DNA of 64,000 nucleotides from Balanoglossus misakiensis (Eukaryota; Animalia; Hemichordata): NCBI GenBank assembly GCA_040954595.2, contig CM082590.2:6572001-6636000 (forward strand), read 5' to 3'. Below the pieces are notes generated by a model, which searched no databases, was not told where the DNA came from, and was given only the letters and a program-made list of their open reading frames with translations. Both the position numbers and the translations under genes were made by a program. The number at the start of each line of letters is the position of its first letter. Position 1 is the stretch's first letter. Shown in pieces: positions 1 to 13,781 of the stretch.

Positions 1-1957
1 AGGTAGCGATACACCAACTGCAAATAATTTGAAGCAAATTAACTACAGAAGCTAATAAATTGATTGATCTTGTGTCTGAGAAAGGAATAGAAAGTGTGAC
101 GGTAAATGTTGTACCAAAATACTTTAGCTTTCATGAAGCAATAAGGATCAAAATATTAATTTAGAGTTGTGTTTTGAAATAACATAAGTGTTATTAGAAA
201 AATAAAGATATAACCCATCACGAGAAAAAACCTCATTCACGTACATGATTTAATAATGGCCTTTGTTACGGAAAAGCTGAGTGATGGTACCAGACCTTGT
301 TGCTTCACCAGGGCAAAGTGTGTGCTTCTGGTGGTAGGACATGACCGGGCAAGTGATCTGATTTGGCGGGCGACTTGTGCTTGTCGCTGCGCTCCTTGCC
401 TGGTCATACTGCCAGTAGCACACTATAGTGCACAGCGATGAGGTCTGGGAGTGAGACTAGATAAAAACAAAACTACCCAGCAAGAGGTTAAATGTTCTTA
501 TACTGGCTCCTATGTTAAATCAATTCAAATACTTAATTGTCAACAATAGCTGTGAAACTTGTCTTCATGAGGCTCATCAATCAGTTATAAATTCAGGATA
601 AATGACATTTTGATAACAATGTATATACACAAATAAGACAACATGATGAAAAGCACATCTGCAGCACTGGATAAAACTAAAAAAGGATGAAACTTGAATT
701 TAAAATAGATATAGCTGTTGGGAAAAGTATTTTCCAAAGGAATTGTTTCCTGTTAAATTGATCTCTGTAGCATGTCCATAATTGGAGATTTTAAAAGAAT
801 TTTTAAAGTGGGTAGTCGGGATCTGTAGCAATAGTGTGTGCATGTCGTTCAACTGCCTTATGATATAATCTGAGAAAGCTGACATCATCATTTTACATAA
901 CATGTATTTACCTTACCGCAAAATAATATTGACCACCAGATTGCTTTTGATAAGGTTACGATAAGGTAGCGATACACCAACTGCAAATAATTTGAAGCAA
1001 ATTAACTACAGAAGCTAATAAATTGATTGATCTTGTGTCTGAGAAAGGAATAGAAAGTGTGACGGTAAATGTTGTACCAAAATACTTTAGCTTTCATGAA
1101 GCAATAAGGATCAAAATATTAATTTAGAGTTGTGTTTTGAAATAACATAAGTGTTATTAGAAAAATAAAGATATAACCCGTCACGAGGAAAAACCTCATT
1201 CACGTACATGATTTAATAATGGCCTTTGTTACGGAAAAGCTGAGTGATGGTACCAGACCTTGTTGCTTCACCAGGGCAAAGTGTGTGCTTCTGGTGGTAG
1301 GACATGACCGGGCAAGTGATCTGATTTGGCGGGCGACTTGTGCTTGTCGCTGCGCTCCTTGCCTGGTCATACTGCCAGTAGCACACTATGGTGCACAGCG
1401 ATGAGGTCTGGGAGTGAGACTAGATAAAAACAAAACTACCCAGCAAGAGGTTAAATGTTCTTATACTGGCTCCTATGTTAAATCAATTCAAATACTTAAT
1501 TGTCAACAATAGCTGTGAAACTTGTCTTCATGAGGCTCATCAATCAGTTATAAATTCAGGATAAATGACATTTTGATAACAATGTATATACACAAATAAG
1601 ACAACATGATGAAAAGCACATCTGCAGCACTGGATAAAACTAAAAAAGGATGAAACTTGAATTTAAAATAGATATAGCTGTTGGGAAAAGTATTTTCCAA
1701 AGGAATTGTTTCCTGTTAAATTGATCTCTGTAGCATGTCCATAATTGGAGATTTTAAAAGAATTTTTAAAGTGGGTAGTCGGGATCTGTAGCAATAGTGT
1801 GTGCATGTCGTTCAACTGCCTTATGATATAATCTGAGAAAGCTGACATCAACATTTTACATAACATGTATTTACCTTACCGCAAAATAATATTGACCACC
1901 AGATTGCTTTTGATAAGGTTACGATAAGGTAGCGATACACCAACTGCAAATAATTTG
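1..1957 (+). repeat. 963-bp tandem repeat, last ~2 units of the array in Helentron copy 1
   Basis: ORF-track periodicity 256/1219 and 700/1663; array ends at CAAATAATTTG|TCT. Confidence 0.95.
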
Positions 1958-2209
1958 TCTAACATGTTGTGATTTAACTTTCAGAAAAAGATATAAACTC
2001 TGGGGGAGGACAGGGTAATTAAGACTAGGTTGTCTACACGCCTTAGTGAGTTGTCTGTCTGTCTGTCTGTCTGAAGATAAACTCAGGCGAAGGATTGAGT
2101 CATTTAAGACAGGCTGCCTGGCTGTCATAATGTTATATCTGTCTGTATGTCTTTGTCATGTATGCACTGGCATATGTACATTTGTAACATATGTACATGT
2201 GTATATGCA

Positions 2210-2211
2210 TG

Positions 2212-2245
<34 letters not shown>

Positions 2246-2351
2246 CATGCAGGCATGTATGTATGTATGTATGTATGTATGTATGTATGTATGTATGTAT
2301 GTATGTATGTATGTATGTATGTATGTATGTATGTATGTATGTATGTATGTA
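2210..2351. repeat. Compound (GT)n/(GTAT)n microsatellite
   Basis: Read directly; same-length copy at 50181-50322. Confidence 0.97.
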
Positions 2352-2439
2352 GTCATTTTCTATGTATATATAAAATCTATGTTAAATATAAAAAGTATTT
2401 TAGAACAATTTACATTGCTGCTTGGTATGATATAATTAC

Positions 2440-2683
2440 AATTTAACAATTTTATTGCTACACCATGGGGTATTCACTTCTGTGTGTAAATTTGTTTGTA
2501 TGATCATATGGTATGCAATATTGAGTACATGTACATAATTCACCTGCTTTTAATACTGTGTAATTTAACAATTTTATTGCTACACCATGGGGTATTCACT
2601 TCTGTGTGTACATTTGTTTGTATGATCATATGGTATGCAATATTGAGTACATGTACATAATTCACCTGCTTTTAATACTGTGT
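2440..2683. repeat. 122-bp tandem duplication (2 copies)
   Basis: AATTTAACAATTTTATTGCTACACC at 2440 and 2562; second element copy at 50411-50654. Confidence 0.92.
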
Positions 2684-5600
2684 GGTATAGCGTATATATT
2701 GCATTTTGTAAAAAGAAACATGAAATACTGTATTTTGAACAACTTATTGTACTGGATGATTTTTTATTACAGTAAAGATATTTGCCTGCATTACGAGAGT
2801 AATAGAAATAATTTAAGTTGTACTTTTTATTCTGAAATAAGTTTCTTGATGTTTGGTATTCCATGTAAATAGCCAATTTTGAGTCAAGATAGTTATTTTA
2901 TAACATGATTTGAAATTGTCATTTGTATTATCAAGAATGGTTTCAATCAAATAATTATGTATTTTCATTTTGTGTTGACTTAATATTCAAAACTGGACCT
3001 GTTGTTTGACTTATTGAAACACGGTAAACTGTATAGGGTCACATACACACCATTAAGACGGTTCTGAAGCGTCTCAGATCAGATACCATCTTAAAGAATC
3101 AGGTGTGGACAGTGTTTAGTGGTTCTGAAATTGCTTAGATTTGAGACAGCATTTGCCGGTCAGACCGGAGCCGGTGTAAAGAATTACTGTAACACCTCTC
3201 CGCAACCCATTGTCCATGGGACTAAGCCTCAGCGCCCCTACTTATGGTGGGTTCACATCTGGGCCCATGGCCGGGCAAAACGTGTCACTGATGATTGTGA
3301 CAAGACAAGCTAATCTTTAGTCCCCGTTCACATTGTGATTGGCACAGTCCTGGCCATTGGTGTCTCGCCAACCTTTCACCTTATAAAGCAGAACCATGTT
3401 GGTCCTCTAATGGTTGTTCATACGATTTTCTTCATTGTCAAATGATGGACTACACTATTATGTCAATCTGGGACCAGATTCGGACAAAACGTGTCCACAC
3501 ACACCGTAGTGGGACCAGAGTCGGACCAGAGTAGGATACAAACCAACCCATTCAACTGGGACAAAAATTGTCCGGACAAAGGTCGGCCAGACCCGTTCTG
3601 AGTATTGTGAACAGCCTAATAAACTGTGTGTGTGTGCAGCGACTTAAAGGATTAATGCTCTGTGTTTACCAGTACAGTACTGTACTGGTGAACTATGCTT
3701 GTATATCAACATACAAGATTGAACATTCACATAAATAATTTATGATGTCCACCCAGTTTTCCACTGTGTGCTAAACTTTTATCCATGTATTTGAATATAT
3801 AGCCAGTGTTGCAAACTATTTAGACCACATGGATCTTGGCATGAGATCTCAGAGTGTAGTATTCTTTCATGTATAACTGCCATGTACAATGCCATGGCAA
3901 TGTTATTTGTCAAAAGGAAACGTACTTTGGTTCAGGTATTCATTTCGTATCACACACAAAATCACAACTTTACTTACAGCAAAGGGGTATTTACTGACCC
4001 CTTTTTACGTTATGCACTGACAGCATATTGCACAGTCAGTTACTTAATGCAGGTACTCTCTGTATTCTTGAATGATATCAAAAAGGGCAAACAAAAGCTA
4101 CTTTGTACCTTTAACAAATGATCTGCAATTAAGGCTTGTACACAATCAAGTTGTCAGATTACGTTTAATGACTATTTCTGTCAATGCTATGTCCCGTTTG
4201 ATTTTCTAAAATTGTGCACAACAAGAAATGTCTTAATGGATATGCTGAACTGTATTTTAAAATTCAAGTAGACTTTTGTCAAGGTCAGATTTGCTTTGTT
4301 GTATACTAGATATGTCCTCATAATACATATATGTTCTTAAGTATTTGTCGTGTTAAATATGCACTGTATCAAATGGATGTTCAAACAATTTAGAAAGATG
4401 CTAACTTAATTTCACTAATCCTCTTTTTCAGAAATTAAATGGTGTCTGAACTTATTATTTAGTTATTATTATTAGTTATTATTATACTTGGCCATTGTCA
4501 GCTGGATATAATTGCTTAAAACTGTGAACAATTGTAATCTGTGTTTGTTTAGTTTCTTGCAATAACAAAAACCAACCTCAACTGATGTCAACCATTTGTT
4601 TTATGTGCTTCAGATAAACCTGTAAGTTGAATCATTGCTTTTTAACATAAGCCTTTTACTGTAGCCATCTCTTTATTTTACTCTACATTATAGGTCGCTG
4701 ACCACTTAAAACAAAATGTCCACGTCTCACTTTCGTGTCTCTCTGTACTCTGTACAATCTATCTGGTTTGGTAGATTTTCCGGATACCAAGATAAAGAAA
4801 ACTTGAAGGTCTAATACACAAATATTTCTCAAATAATGTTGTCACATACTAGTGGAGATCCAAAACACAAAACATGTAAGCCCTCTTATTTTTAAGGATA
4901 CTATTTGTTGTAGGCAAAATAAGGAGGTGAAGTATAAGAACGCATTAAGTGTTTCAACATATCACGATAATGAAAACTAAAAGGTCATCCCAAGGTTACC
5001 CAAAAATTTGTCAAAAATTTGGTCCCATACTGGTCCCAGCTTCCCTTCTGCCACTATTGGTCAGCGTAAAATTTAATGTGGTAAGGTGTCCGACAACATG
5101 AGTAAAGCGGTATCTGCCCTGGATGCCGAGATTTGTAAAATTAGGTCAAAGTTCACAAAAAAATTGCTCCAAAATATTTTGATGCCATACTGGTCCATGC
5201 CCAACTGAAATGGAACTGCTAGCTGTGTTGGTTAGCCTGGAATTAGGTATGTGCATAATTAATGAGGTTAAGAAGGTGTCACAGATTAACCCAAAATTTA
5301 GCTTTTCATTTTTGTCCCATCCCTAAAAAAACAAAGGATGTAACTCCTGTAAAGGTCAGGTCAGGTCACCCTAAATTTTGGCAAAAGATTGTGACCCCAT
5401 ATTGGTCCATGTTCAACAAAAACCAGACCTCTATTCCATTTGGTAGGCCTGGAATCAGGTATGCACGTAATTAATGAGTCAAGCAGGTGTCACAGGTGAC
5501 CCCAAAATTTGCCTTTTAATTTTGATCCCATCCCTCGAAAGGACAAGGCTGTAGCTACTGTTGGTGCCGAGATATGGTAAAGTAGGTTAAAAGTCACCTC

Positions 5601-7966
5601 AGTTCATCCAAAATTTGGGCAAAAACTTTTGAATTCAACAAAAACACACCTCTAGCCCTATTGGTTCGCTTGGAATTATATATGCGAATAATTAATGGGG
5701 TAAATTGTGGGATTCGGTGAGGTGTTCCATCCCTCCAAATGCTAAGCCTGTACCTGCAGTGGATGTCAAGATATGAGAAAGTAGGTAAAAGGTCACTGAG
5801 GTCACCCAAAATTCTTTGACCAAATACTGGTCCATGTCCAAAAAAAACAAAAACTCTAGATCTATTAGTTCGTCTGTAATTAGGTATGCGCATACTTAAT
5901 GAGCTAAGCAGGTGTCACAGGTGACCCAAAACTTTGGCTTTTCATTATGGCCCCATACCTCCAAACGCCAAGGCTGTATCTGCTGTAGATGTCGAGATAT
6001 GCAAAAGTAGGTCAAAGGTCACCCGAGGTCATCCAACATTTGGGCAAAATATTTTGACCCCATACTGATCCATGTCCAGAAAAAAACAAACCTCTAGGTC
6101 ATTTGGTTCATCTGTAATTAGGTATGCGCATATTTAATGAGGTCAGCAGAGGTCAAAGGGGTCATGAAAAGTAGCAAAAATTTTTGATCACATACAAAAC
6201 CACATACATCAAAAACCAAACTTATAGCCCTATTGGTTAGCCTGGAATTAGATATGCAGAAAAATGATGCGTCAAAAGTAGGTCAAAGGTCATTGCCAAA
6301 ATTACCAAAATATTTATAGCTTATTCTTGTCATATGATGATTCATATCCATAAAAAGAATTTCTGTGCTATCAATTTTTAGGCTAGAAACAGAATTTTTA
6401 CTTTTTAATCGTTGTTCACAAAATCCAATATGGCCGCCAAAATCTTCGACCAATCACAATGATCTTCGCAAACTTGATAGACATCTGTTTAATGACCACA
6501 CACACCAAATCTTGTGACTCGGTTATCGCCGGTTCTTGAGAAGAAGATTTTTGAAATTTTACTAGGGTTTTTCGAAAATCCAATATGGCCGCCATAATCT
6601 TCGATGTTTAGTGCTGATATAGTGTTAAGTATGTCAAAGGTCACCAACAATTTGGGCAGAAAATTTTGACCCATAGTGGTCCATGTCCAACAAAAACCAG
6701 ACCTCTAGCCCTTTTGGTTAGCCCGGAATTAGGTATGCACATAAATAATGAGTTAAGCAGGTGTCACAGGTGACCCAAAACTTTGGCTTTTCATTATGGC
6801 CCTATACCTCCAAACACCAAGGCTGTATCTGCTGTGGATGTCAAGATATGCCAAAGTAGGTCAAAGGTCACCCGAGGTCACCCAACATTTGGGCAAAAAA
6901 TTTTGACCCCATACTGGTCCATGTATAACAAAAACAAAACCTCTAGGTCTATTGGTTCATCATTAATTAGGTATGCGCATATTTAATGAGGTCACCAGAG
7001 GTCAAAGGGGTCATGAAAAGTAGCAAAATTTTTTGATCACATACAAATCCACATACATCAGAAACCAAACTTATAGCCCTATTGGTTAGCCTGGAATTAG
7101 ATATGCAGAAAAATGATTCGTCAAAAGTAGGTCAAAGGTCATTGCCAAAATTACCAAAATATTTATAGCTTATTCTTGTCATATGATGATTCATATCCAT
7201 AAAAAGAATTTCTGTGCTATCAATTTTTAGGCTAGAAAAGGAATTTTTACTTTTTAATCGTTTTTCACAAAATCCAATATGGCCGCCATAATCTTCGACC
7301 AATCAAATTCCCCTTCGCAAACTTGATAGACATCTGTTTAATGACCACACACACCAAATCTTGTGACTCGGTTATCGCCCGTTCTGGAGAAGAAGATTTT
7401 TGAAGTTTTACTATGGTTTTTCGAAAATCCAATATGGCCGCCATAATCTTCGACCAATCACAATGATCTTCGCAAACTTGATAGACATCTGTTAGGTGAC
7501 CACATACCCCAAACGGCGTGACTCGGTTATCGCCGGTTCTGGAGAAGAAGATTTTTGAAATTTAAGCCAGATTTCAGAAAAAAAATTGTAGCAAAAAAAC
7601 TGCAACATTGTCAGCATAATTTCCAATTACAAAAATGATGGGCAGAAGGTAGTCTACCAGCATGCCAAATTTGAAGTTGATCTGACTTGTAGTTTCTGAT
7701 TTCTGAGATTTGCATTTTTTTAGAAAATCCAAGATGGCCGCCAGGTCACGTGACTAGTTAAAAATTCACAGGTTCAATGCACGACTACTCATTGACCTTG
7801 ACCACTGTAGCAAGTTTCAGAAGTGTACCTGCAGCGGTGTCTGAGATCTAGAGCGACAAAGAATTGACACAAGAATAAAGAAAGAAAGAAAGAAGAAAGA
7901 AGGAAAGACAGAAAAACCCCAACGAAACCAATAGGGCCCAAGCGCTGGTATGCGCTTGGGCCCTAA

Positions 7967-8027
7967 AGACAGAAAAACCCCAACGAAACCAATAGGGCCC
8001 AAGCGCTGGTATGCGCTTGGGCCCTAA
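7967..8027 (-). mobile_element. Orphan palindromic terminus of a HINE-like unit whose body lies left of the window
   Basis: AGACAGAAAAACCCC...GGGCCCAAGCGC-TGGTAT-GCGCTTGGGCCCTAA stacked directly after the terminus of copy 1. Confidence 0.75.
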
Positions 8028-8037
8028 TAATAAAGAA

Positions 8038-9430
8038 TTAAAGCTGCAAGCAGCGTTGGCGGGGCACAAGCGGTTCCCATGGTGACCTGCAAATGCCACG
8101 GCTGTATCTGCTGGGGATACCAAGATATGGGAAAGTAGGTCAAAGGTCACCTGAGGTCACCCCAAATTTGGGCAAAAATATTGGACCCCATACTAGTCTA
8201 GATCCAACAAAAAACCAGACCCCTAGCCCTATTGGTTCGCCTGCAATTAGGTATGCACATAATTAATGAGGTCTTGTGTAAGACTCCATATGTGCTCCAT
8301 CGGCCCCCCAAAAGCCAGGACTCTAACTGCTGTGGATGCTGAGATATGGGAAAGTAGATCAAAGGTCATCCAAGGTCACCCAAAATTTGGGCATAAAATT
8401 TTGACCCCAGAGTGGCCCATGTCCAACTAAAACCAGACCTCTAGCCCTATTGGTTAGCCTAGAATTAGATATGCAGAAAAATGATGTTTCAGAAATAGGT
8501 CAAGGGTCATTGCCATGGGAAAGTAGATCAAAGGTCATCCAAGGTCACCCAAAATTTGGGCATAAAATTTTGAGCCCAGAGTGGGCCATGTCCAACTAAA
8601 ACCAGACCTCTAGCCCTATTGGTTAGCCTGGAATTAGATATGCAGAAAAATGATGTTTCAGAAATAGGTCAAGGGTCATTGCCAAAATTACCAAAATATT
8701 TGTGCCATGTCCTGGCAGCATTAGTACCCATGTCCACAAAATTCATGACTGTGGTGCTTTGACAAGAGGAGGTATGGGGAATATGCATATATAATTAGTT
8801 GTTTTAAAACTGGGTCAAAGGTCACGTGAAAATTGCCCCGAAAAATTGTGACAACTTCCGGTCATATGATGACTCATATCCAAAAAAAGAATTTCCGTGC
8901 TGTCAATATTTTGGCTACAAAACGGAATTTTCATTTTTCAATGGTTTTCCGAAAATCCAACATGGCCGCCATAATGATCGACCAATCACAGTGCGCTTCG
9001 CAAACTTGATAGACATAGGTTAGGTGACCATATGCCCCAAATCCCGTGACTCGGCAATCGCTGGTTCTGGAGAAGAAGATTTTTAAAGTTTTAAGTAGTT
9101 TTTCAGAAAAACAATTGTAGCAAAAAAACTTTATGTGTGACGTCATGATTTCAATAGGGTAAAATGATGGACAGAAGGTAGGCTACCTGCACACCAAATT
9201 TGAACTCGATCGGCCCAGTAGTTTTTGAGAAGGACTCGTTTAACGATTTTCAGGAAATCCAATATGGCCGCCAGGTCACGTGACTAATTAAATATTCACG
9301 AGCCACTGCATGTCTACTCATTGGCCCCTATCACCCTACCAAGTTTCAGCCCCCTAGGTGCAGCGGTTTTCCAGATCTACCTGGCCGAATTTCTCGGAAG
9401 AAGAAGAAGAAGAAGAAGAATAAAGAAGAA
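8038..9430 (-). mobile_element. Non-autonomous Helentron unit, subtype B (palindromic end displaced)
   Basis: Starts TTAAAGCTGCAAGCAGC hairpin plus subTIR GGGGCACAAGC; interrupted in the (GAA)n tract. Confidence 0.8.
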
Positions 9431-10858
9431 TTAAAGCTGCGAGCAGCATTGTCGGGCCCAAGCGCTGATCTTGAATTATATATGCACAGTATGAATGAGA
9501 AGAAACAGAATTTTCTATCGGATGTATTATCTCGTGACATAACAAGGATGTGTGTATTTTTGCTGCTGAAATAGGGTGAAGTAGGTCAAAGGTCACCTGA
9601 GGTCACCCAACATTTGGGCAATTTTTTTTACCCATACTGGTCCATGTCCAACAAAAACCAAAACTCTAGCTCTATTGGTTCGCCTGTAATTAGGTATGTG
9701 CATATTTAATGAGGTCAGCAGGTGTTACAGGTGACCCAAAAATGTGGCTTTACATTTTGGTCCCATCCTACCAAATGCCATGGCTGTATCTGCTCTGGAT
9801 GCTGAGATATGCGAAAGTAGGTCAAAGGTCACCAGAGGTCACCCAACATTTGGGCAAAAAATGGTGATCCCATACTGGTCCATGTCCAACAAAAACCAAA
9901 CCTCTAGCTCTATCGGTGCGCCTGTAATTAGCTATGCACATAATTCATGAGGTCAGCAGAGGTCAAAGGGGTCATGAAAAGTAGCAAAATATTTTGATCA
10001 CACACTAATCCACATTCATCAAAAACCAAACGTCTAGCCCTATAGGTTAGCCTGGAATTAGATATGCAGAAATAATAACGCGTGATAGGTAGGTCAAAGG
10101 TCATGTGAAAAATCGCCAAAAAATTGTAACATATTTTAGTCACATGACGATTGATATCCATAAAAAGAATTTGTATGCTATCAATTTTTAGACTAGAAAA
10201 AGGATTTTCAATTTTTCGCTGCTTTTTACAAAATCCAATATGGCCGCCATAATCTTTGACCAATCACAATGTTCTTTGCAAATATGATAGACAACAGTGT
10301 AGTGACCATACTCCCCGAATCTTGCGACTCAGTCATCGCCCGTTCTGGAGAAGAAGATTTTTGGAGTTTAACTATGGTTTTTCGAAAATCCAATATGGCC
10401 GCCATAATCTTCGACCAATCACAATGATCTTCGCAAACTTGATAGACATCAGTTAGGTGACCACATACCCTAAACCGCATGTCTCGGTTATCACCGGTTC
10501 TGGAGAAGAAGATTTTTGAAATTTAAGCCAGATTTCAGAAAAAAAATTGTAGCAAAAAAACTGCAACATTGACAGCAAAATTTCCAATTACAAAAATGAT
10601 GAGTAGAAGGTAGTCTACCTGCATGCCAAATTTGAAGTCGATCTGACTTGTAGTTTCTGAGATCTGAGATTTGCATTTTTTCAGAAAATCCAATATGGCT
10701 GCCAAGTCACGTGACTAATTAAGTATTCACAAATCACTGCACATCTACTCATTGACCTTGACCACTGTAGCAAGTTTGAGCAGTGTACCTGCAGTAGTTT
10801 CTGAGATTTAGTTGGCCGAAGAATTGACAGGAGAATAAAGAAAGAAAGAAAGAAAGAA
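9431..10858 (-). mobile_element. Non-autonomous Helentron unit, subtype C (palindromic end displaced)
   Basis: TTAAAGCTGCGAGCAGCATTGTCGGGCCCAAGCGCTGATC start; interrupted in (GAAA)n. Confidence 0.8.
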
Positions 10859-12346
10859 TTAAAGCTGCAAGCAGCATTGTCCGGGCCCAAGCTCTATTAT
10901 CTGATCTGATATTAGATATGCACATAATTAATGAGAAGAAACATAATGCTGTGTTTATCCCATGAAATATCAAGGTTATAACTATGTTTGGTGCTGATAT
11001 AGTGTTAAGTAGGTCAAAGGTCACCCAGAGGTCACCCACAATTTGGGCAGAAAATTTTGATCCATAGTGGTCCATGTCCAACAAAAACCAGACCTCTTGG
11101 CCTTTTGGTTAGCACGGAATTAGGTATGCACATAAATAATGAATTGAGCAGGGGTCACAGGTGACCCAAAACTTTGGCTTTTCATTATGGCCCCATACCT
11201 CCAAACTCCAAGGCTGTATATGCTGTGGATGTCGAGATATGCAAAAGTAGGTCAAAGGTCACCCGAGGTCACCCAACATTTGTGCAAAATATTTTGACCC
11301 CATACTGGTCCATGTATAACAAAAACCAAACCTCTAGGTCTATTTGTTCATCATTAATTAGGTATGTGCATATTTAATGAGGTCAGCAGAGGTCAAAAGG
11401 GGTCATGAAAAGTAGCAAAATTTTTTGATCACATACAAATCCACATACATCAAAAACCAAACTTATAGCCCTATTGGTTAGCCTGGAATTAGATATGCAG
11501 AAAAATGAAGCGTCAAAAGTAGGTCAAAGGTCATTGCCAAAATTACCAAAATATTTATAGCTAATTCTTGTCACATGATGATTCATATCCATAAAAAGAA
11601 TTTCTGTGCTATCAATGTTTAGGCTAGAAAGGGAATTTTTACTTTTTAATCGATTTTCACAAAATTCAATATGGCCGCCATAATCTTCGACCAATCACAT
11701 TCCCCTTCGCAAACTTGATAGACATCTGTTTAATGACCACACACACCAAATCTTGTGACTCAGTTATCGCCCGTTCTGGAGAAGAAGATTTTTGAAGTTT
11801 TACTATGGTTTTTCGAAAATCCAATATGGCCGCCATAATCTTCGACCAATCACAATGATCTTCGCAAACTTGATAGACATCAGTTAGGTGACCACATACC
11901 TCAAATGGCGTGACTCGGTTATCGCCGGTTCTGGAGAAGAAGATTTTTGAAAATTTGACCAGATTTCAGAAAAACAACTGTAGCAAAAAAACTGCAACAT
12001 TGACAGCATAATATCCAATTACAAAAATGATGGGCATAAGGTATACTAGCTGCACACCAAATTTGAAGTCAATCTGACTTGTAGTTTCTGAGATCTGAGA
12101 TTTGCATTTTTTCAGAAAATCCAATATGGCCGCCAGGTCACGTGACTAATTAAATATTCACGAGCCACTGCACATCTACTCATTGGCCCCTATCTGCCTA
12201 CCAAGTTTCAGCCTGGTTGGTGCTGCAGTTTTTGAGATTTAGGTGGCCGAAAAATGGAACCAAGAATAAAGAAGGAAAGAAAGAAAGACTGAAAAACCCC
12301 AACGAAACCAATAGGGCCCAAGTGCTGGTATGCGCTTGGGCCCTAA
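10859..12346 (-). mobile_element. Complete non-autonomous Helentron unit, subtype A
   Basis: Hairpin plus subTIR (TCCGGGCCCAAGCTCT) at left, GGGCCCAAG..CTTGGGCCCTAA palindrome at right. Confidence 0.85.
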
Positions 12347-13781
12347 TTAAAGCTGCAAGCAGCATTGTCCGGGCCCAAGCTCTATTATCTGATCTGATTA
12401 TTAGATATGCACATAATTAATGAGTAGAAACATAATGCTGTGTTTTATCCCATGAAATATCATGGTTATATCTATGTTTAGTGCTGATAAAGTGTTAAGT
12501 AGGTCAAAGGTCACCCAGAGGTCACCCATAATTTGGGCAGAAAATTTTGACCCATAGTGGTCCATGTCCAACAAAAACCAGACCTATAGCACTTTTGGTT
12601 AGCCCGGAATTAAGTATGCACATAAATAATGAGTTAAGCAGGTGTCACAGGTGACCCACAACTTTGGCTTTTCATTATGGCCCCATACCTCCAAACGCCA
12701 AGTCTGTATCTGCTGTGGATGCTGATATTTGCAAAAGTAGGTCAAAGGTCACCAGAGGTCACCCAACATTTGGGTAAAAACATTTGACCCCATACTAGTC
12801 CTGTCCAACAAAAACAAAGCCTCTAGGTCTATTGGTTCGCCTGTAATTAGCTATGCACATAATTAATGAGGTCAGCAGGGGTCAAAGGGGTCGTGAATTG
12901 TAGCAAAAAATTTTGATCACACACTTATCCACATACATCAAAAACCAAACTTATAGCCCTATTGGTTAGCCTGGAATTAGATATGCAGAAAAATGATGCG
13001 TCAAAAGTAGGTCAAAGGTCATTGCCAAAATTACCAAAATATTTATAGCATATTGTAGTCATATGATGATCCATATCCATAAAAAGAATTTCTGTGCTAT
13101 AAATTTTTAGGCTAGAAAGGGAATTTTTACTTTTTAATCGTTTTTCACAAAATCCAATATGGCCGCCATAATCTTCGACCAATCACTTTCCTCTTCGCAA
13201 ACTTGATAGACATCTGGGGAATGACCACACACACAAAATCTTGTGACTCGGTTATCACCGGTTTTCGAGAAGAAGATTTTTGAAATTTTACTAGGGTTTT
13301 TCGAAAATCCAATATGGCCGCCATAATCTTCGACCAATCACAATGATCTTCGCAAACTTGATAGACATCAGTTAGGTGACCACATACCCCAAACCCCGTG
13401 TCTCGGTTATCACCGGTTCTAGAGAAGAAGATTTTTGAAATTTAAGCCAGATTTCAGAAAAAAAATTGTAGCAAAAAAACTGCAACATTGACAGCATAAT
13501 TTCCAATTACAAAAATGTTTGACAGAAGGTAGTCTACCTGCACGCCAAATTTGAAGTCGATCTGACTTGTAGTTTCTGAGATCTGAGATTTGCATTTTTT
13601 CAGAAAATCCAAGATGGCCGCCAGGTCATGTGACTAATTAAAAATTCATGGGTTCAATGCACGACTACTCATTGACCTTGACCACTGTAGCAAGTTTGAG
13701 AACTGTACCTGCAGTGGTGTCTGAGATCTAGAGCGACAAAGAAATGACAGAAGAATAAAGAAAGAAGAAAGAAAGACAGAA
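12347..13781 (-). mobile_element. Non-autonomous Helentron unit, subtype A (palindromic end displaced)
   Basis: Same left terminus as 10859; interrupted at GACAGAA|TT. Confidence 0.8.

Larger units (their letters stand above)
1..7966. mobile_element. Distal part of an autonomous Helentron/Helitron2 copy, running off the window to the left
   Basis: Near-identical to 47972-55937 at a constant 47,971-bp offset (ORF track 1219/49190, 6783/54754). Identity stops exactly at the terminal palindrome ...GCGCTTGGGCCCTAA (7966/55937). Confidence 0.88.

Noticed and set aside
442-459. GGTCTGGGAGTGAGACTA resembling a TAG-ended transposon TIR in each 963-bp unit
   Set aside because: No partner inverted copy or TSD found; too short to support.
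256-903. 61-aa and 67-aa ORFs in the 963-bp unit as a gene array
   Set aside because: Identity reflects DNA repeat identity; the first unit lacks the ATG of the 61-aa ORF (ACG near 43412); no motifs.
2046-2446. ORFs with CMYV/HTYI repeats
   Set aside because: Microsatellite translations.
7935-8027. Doubled terminal palindromes as slippage duplications
   Set aside because: At 29123-29211 and 60262-60349 the two palindromes differ and the A-counts match distant junctions, so nesting explains them better. This pair is identical, so it stays ambiguous until the upstream contig is examined.
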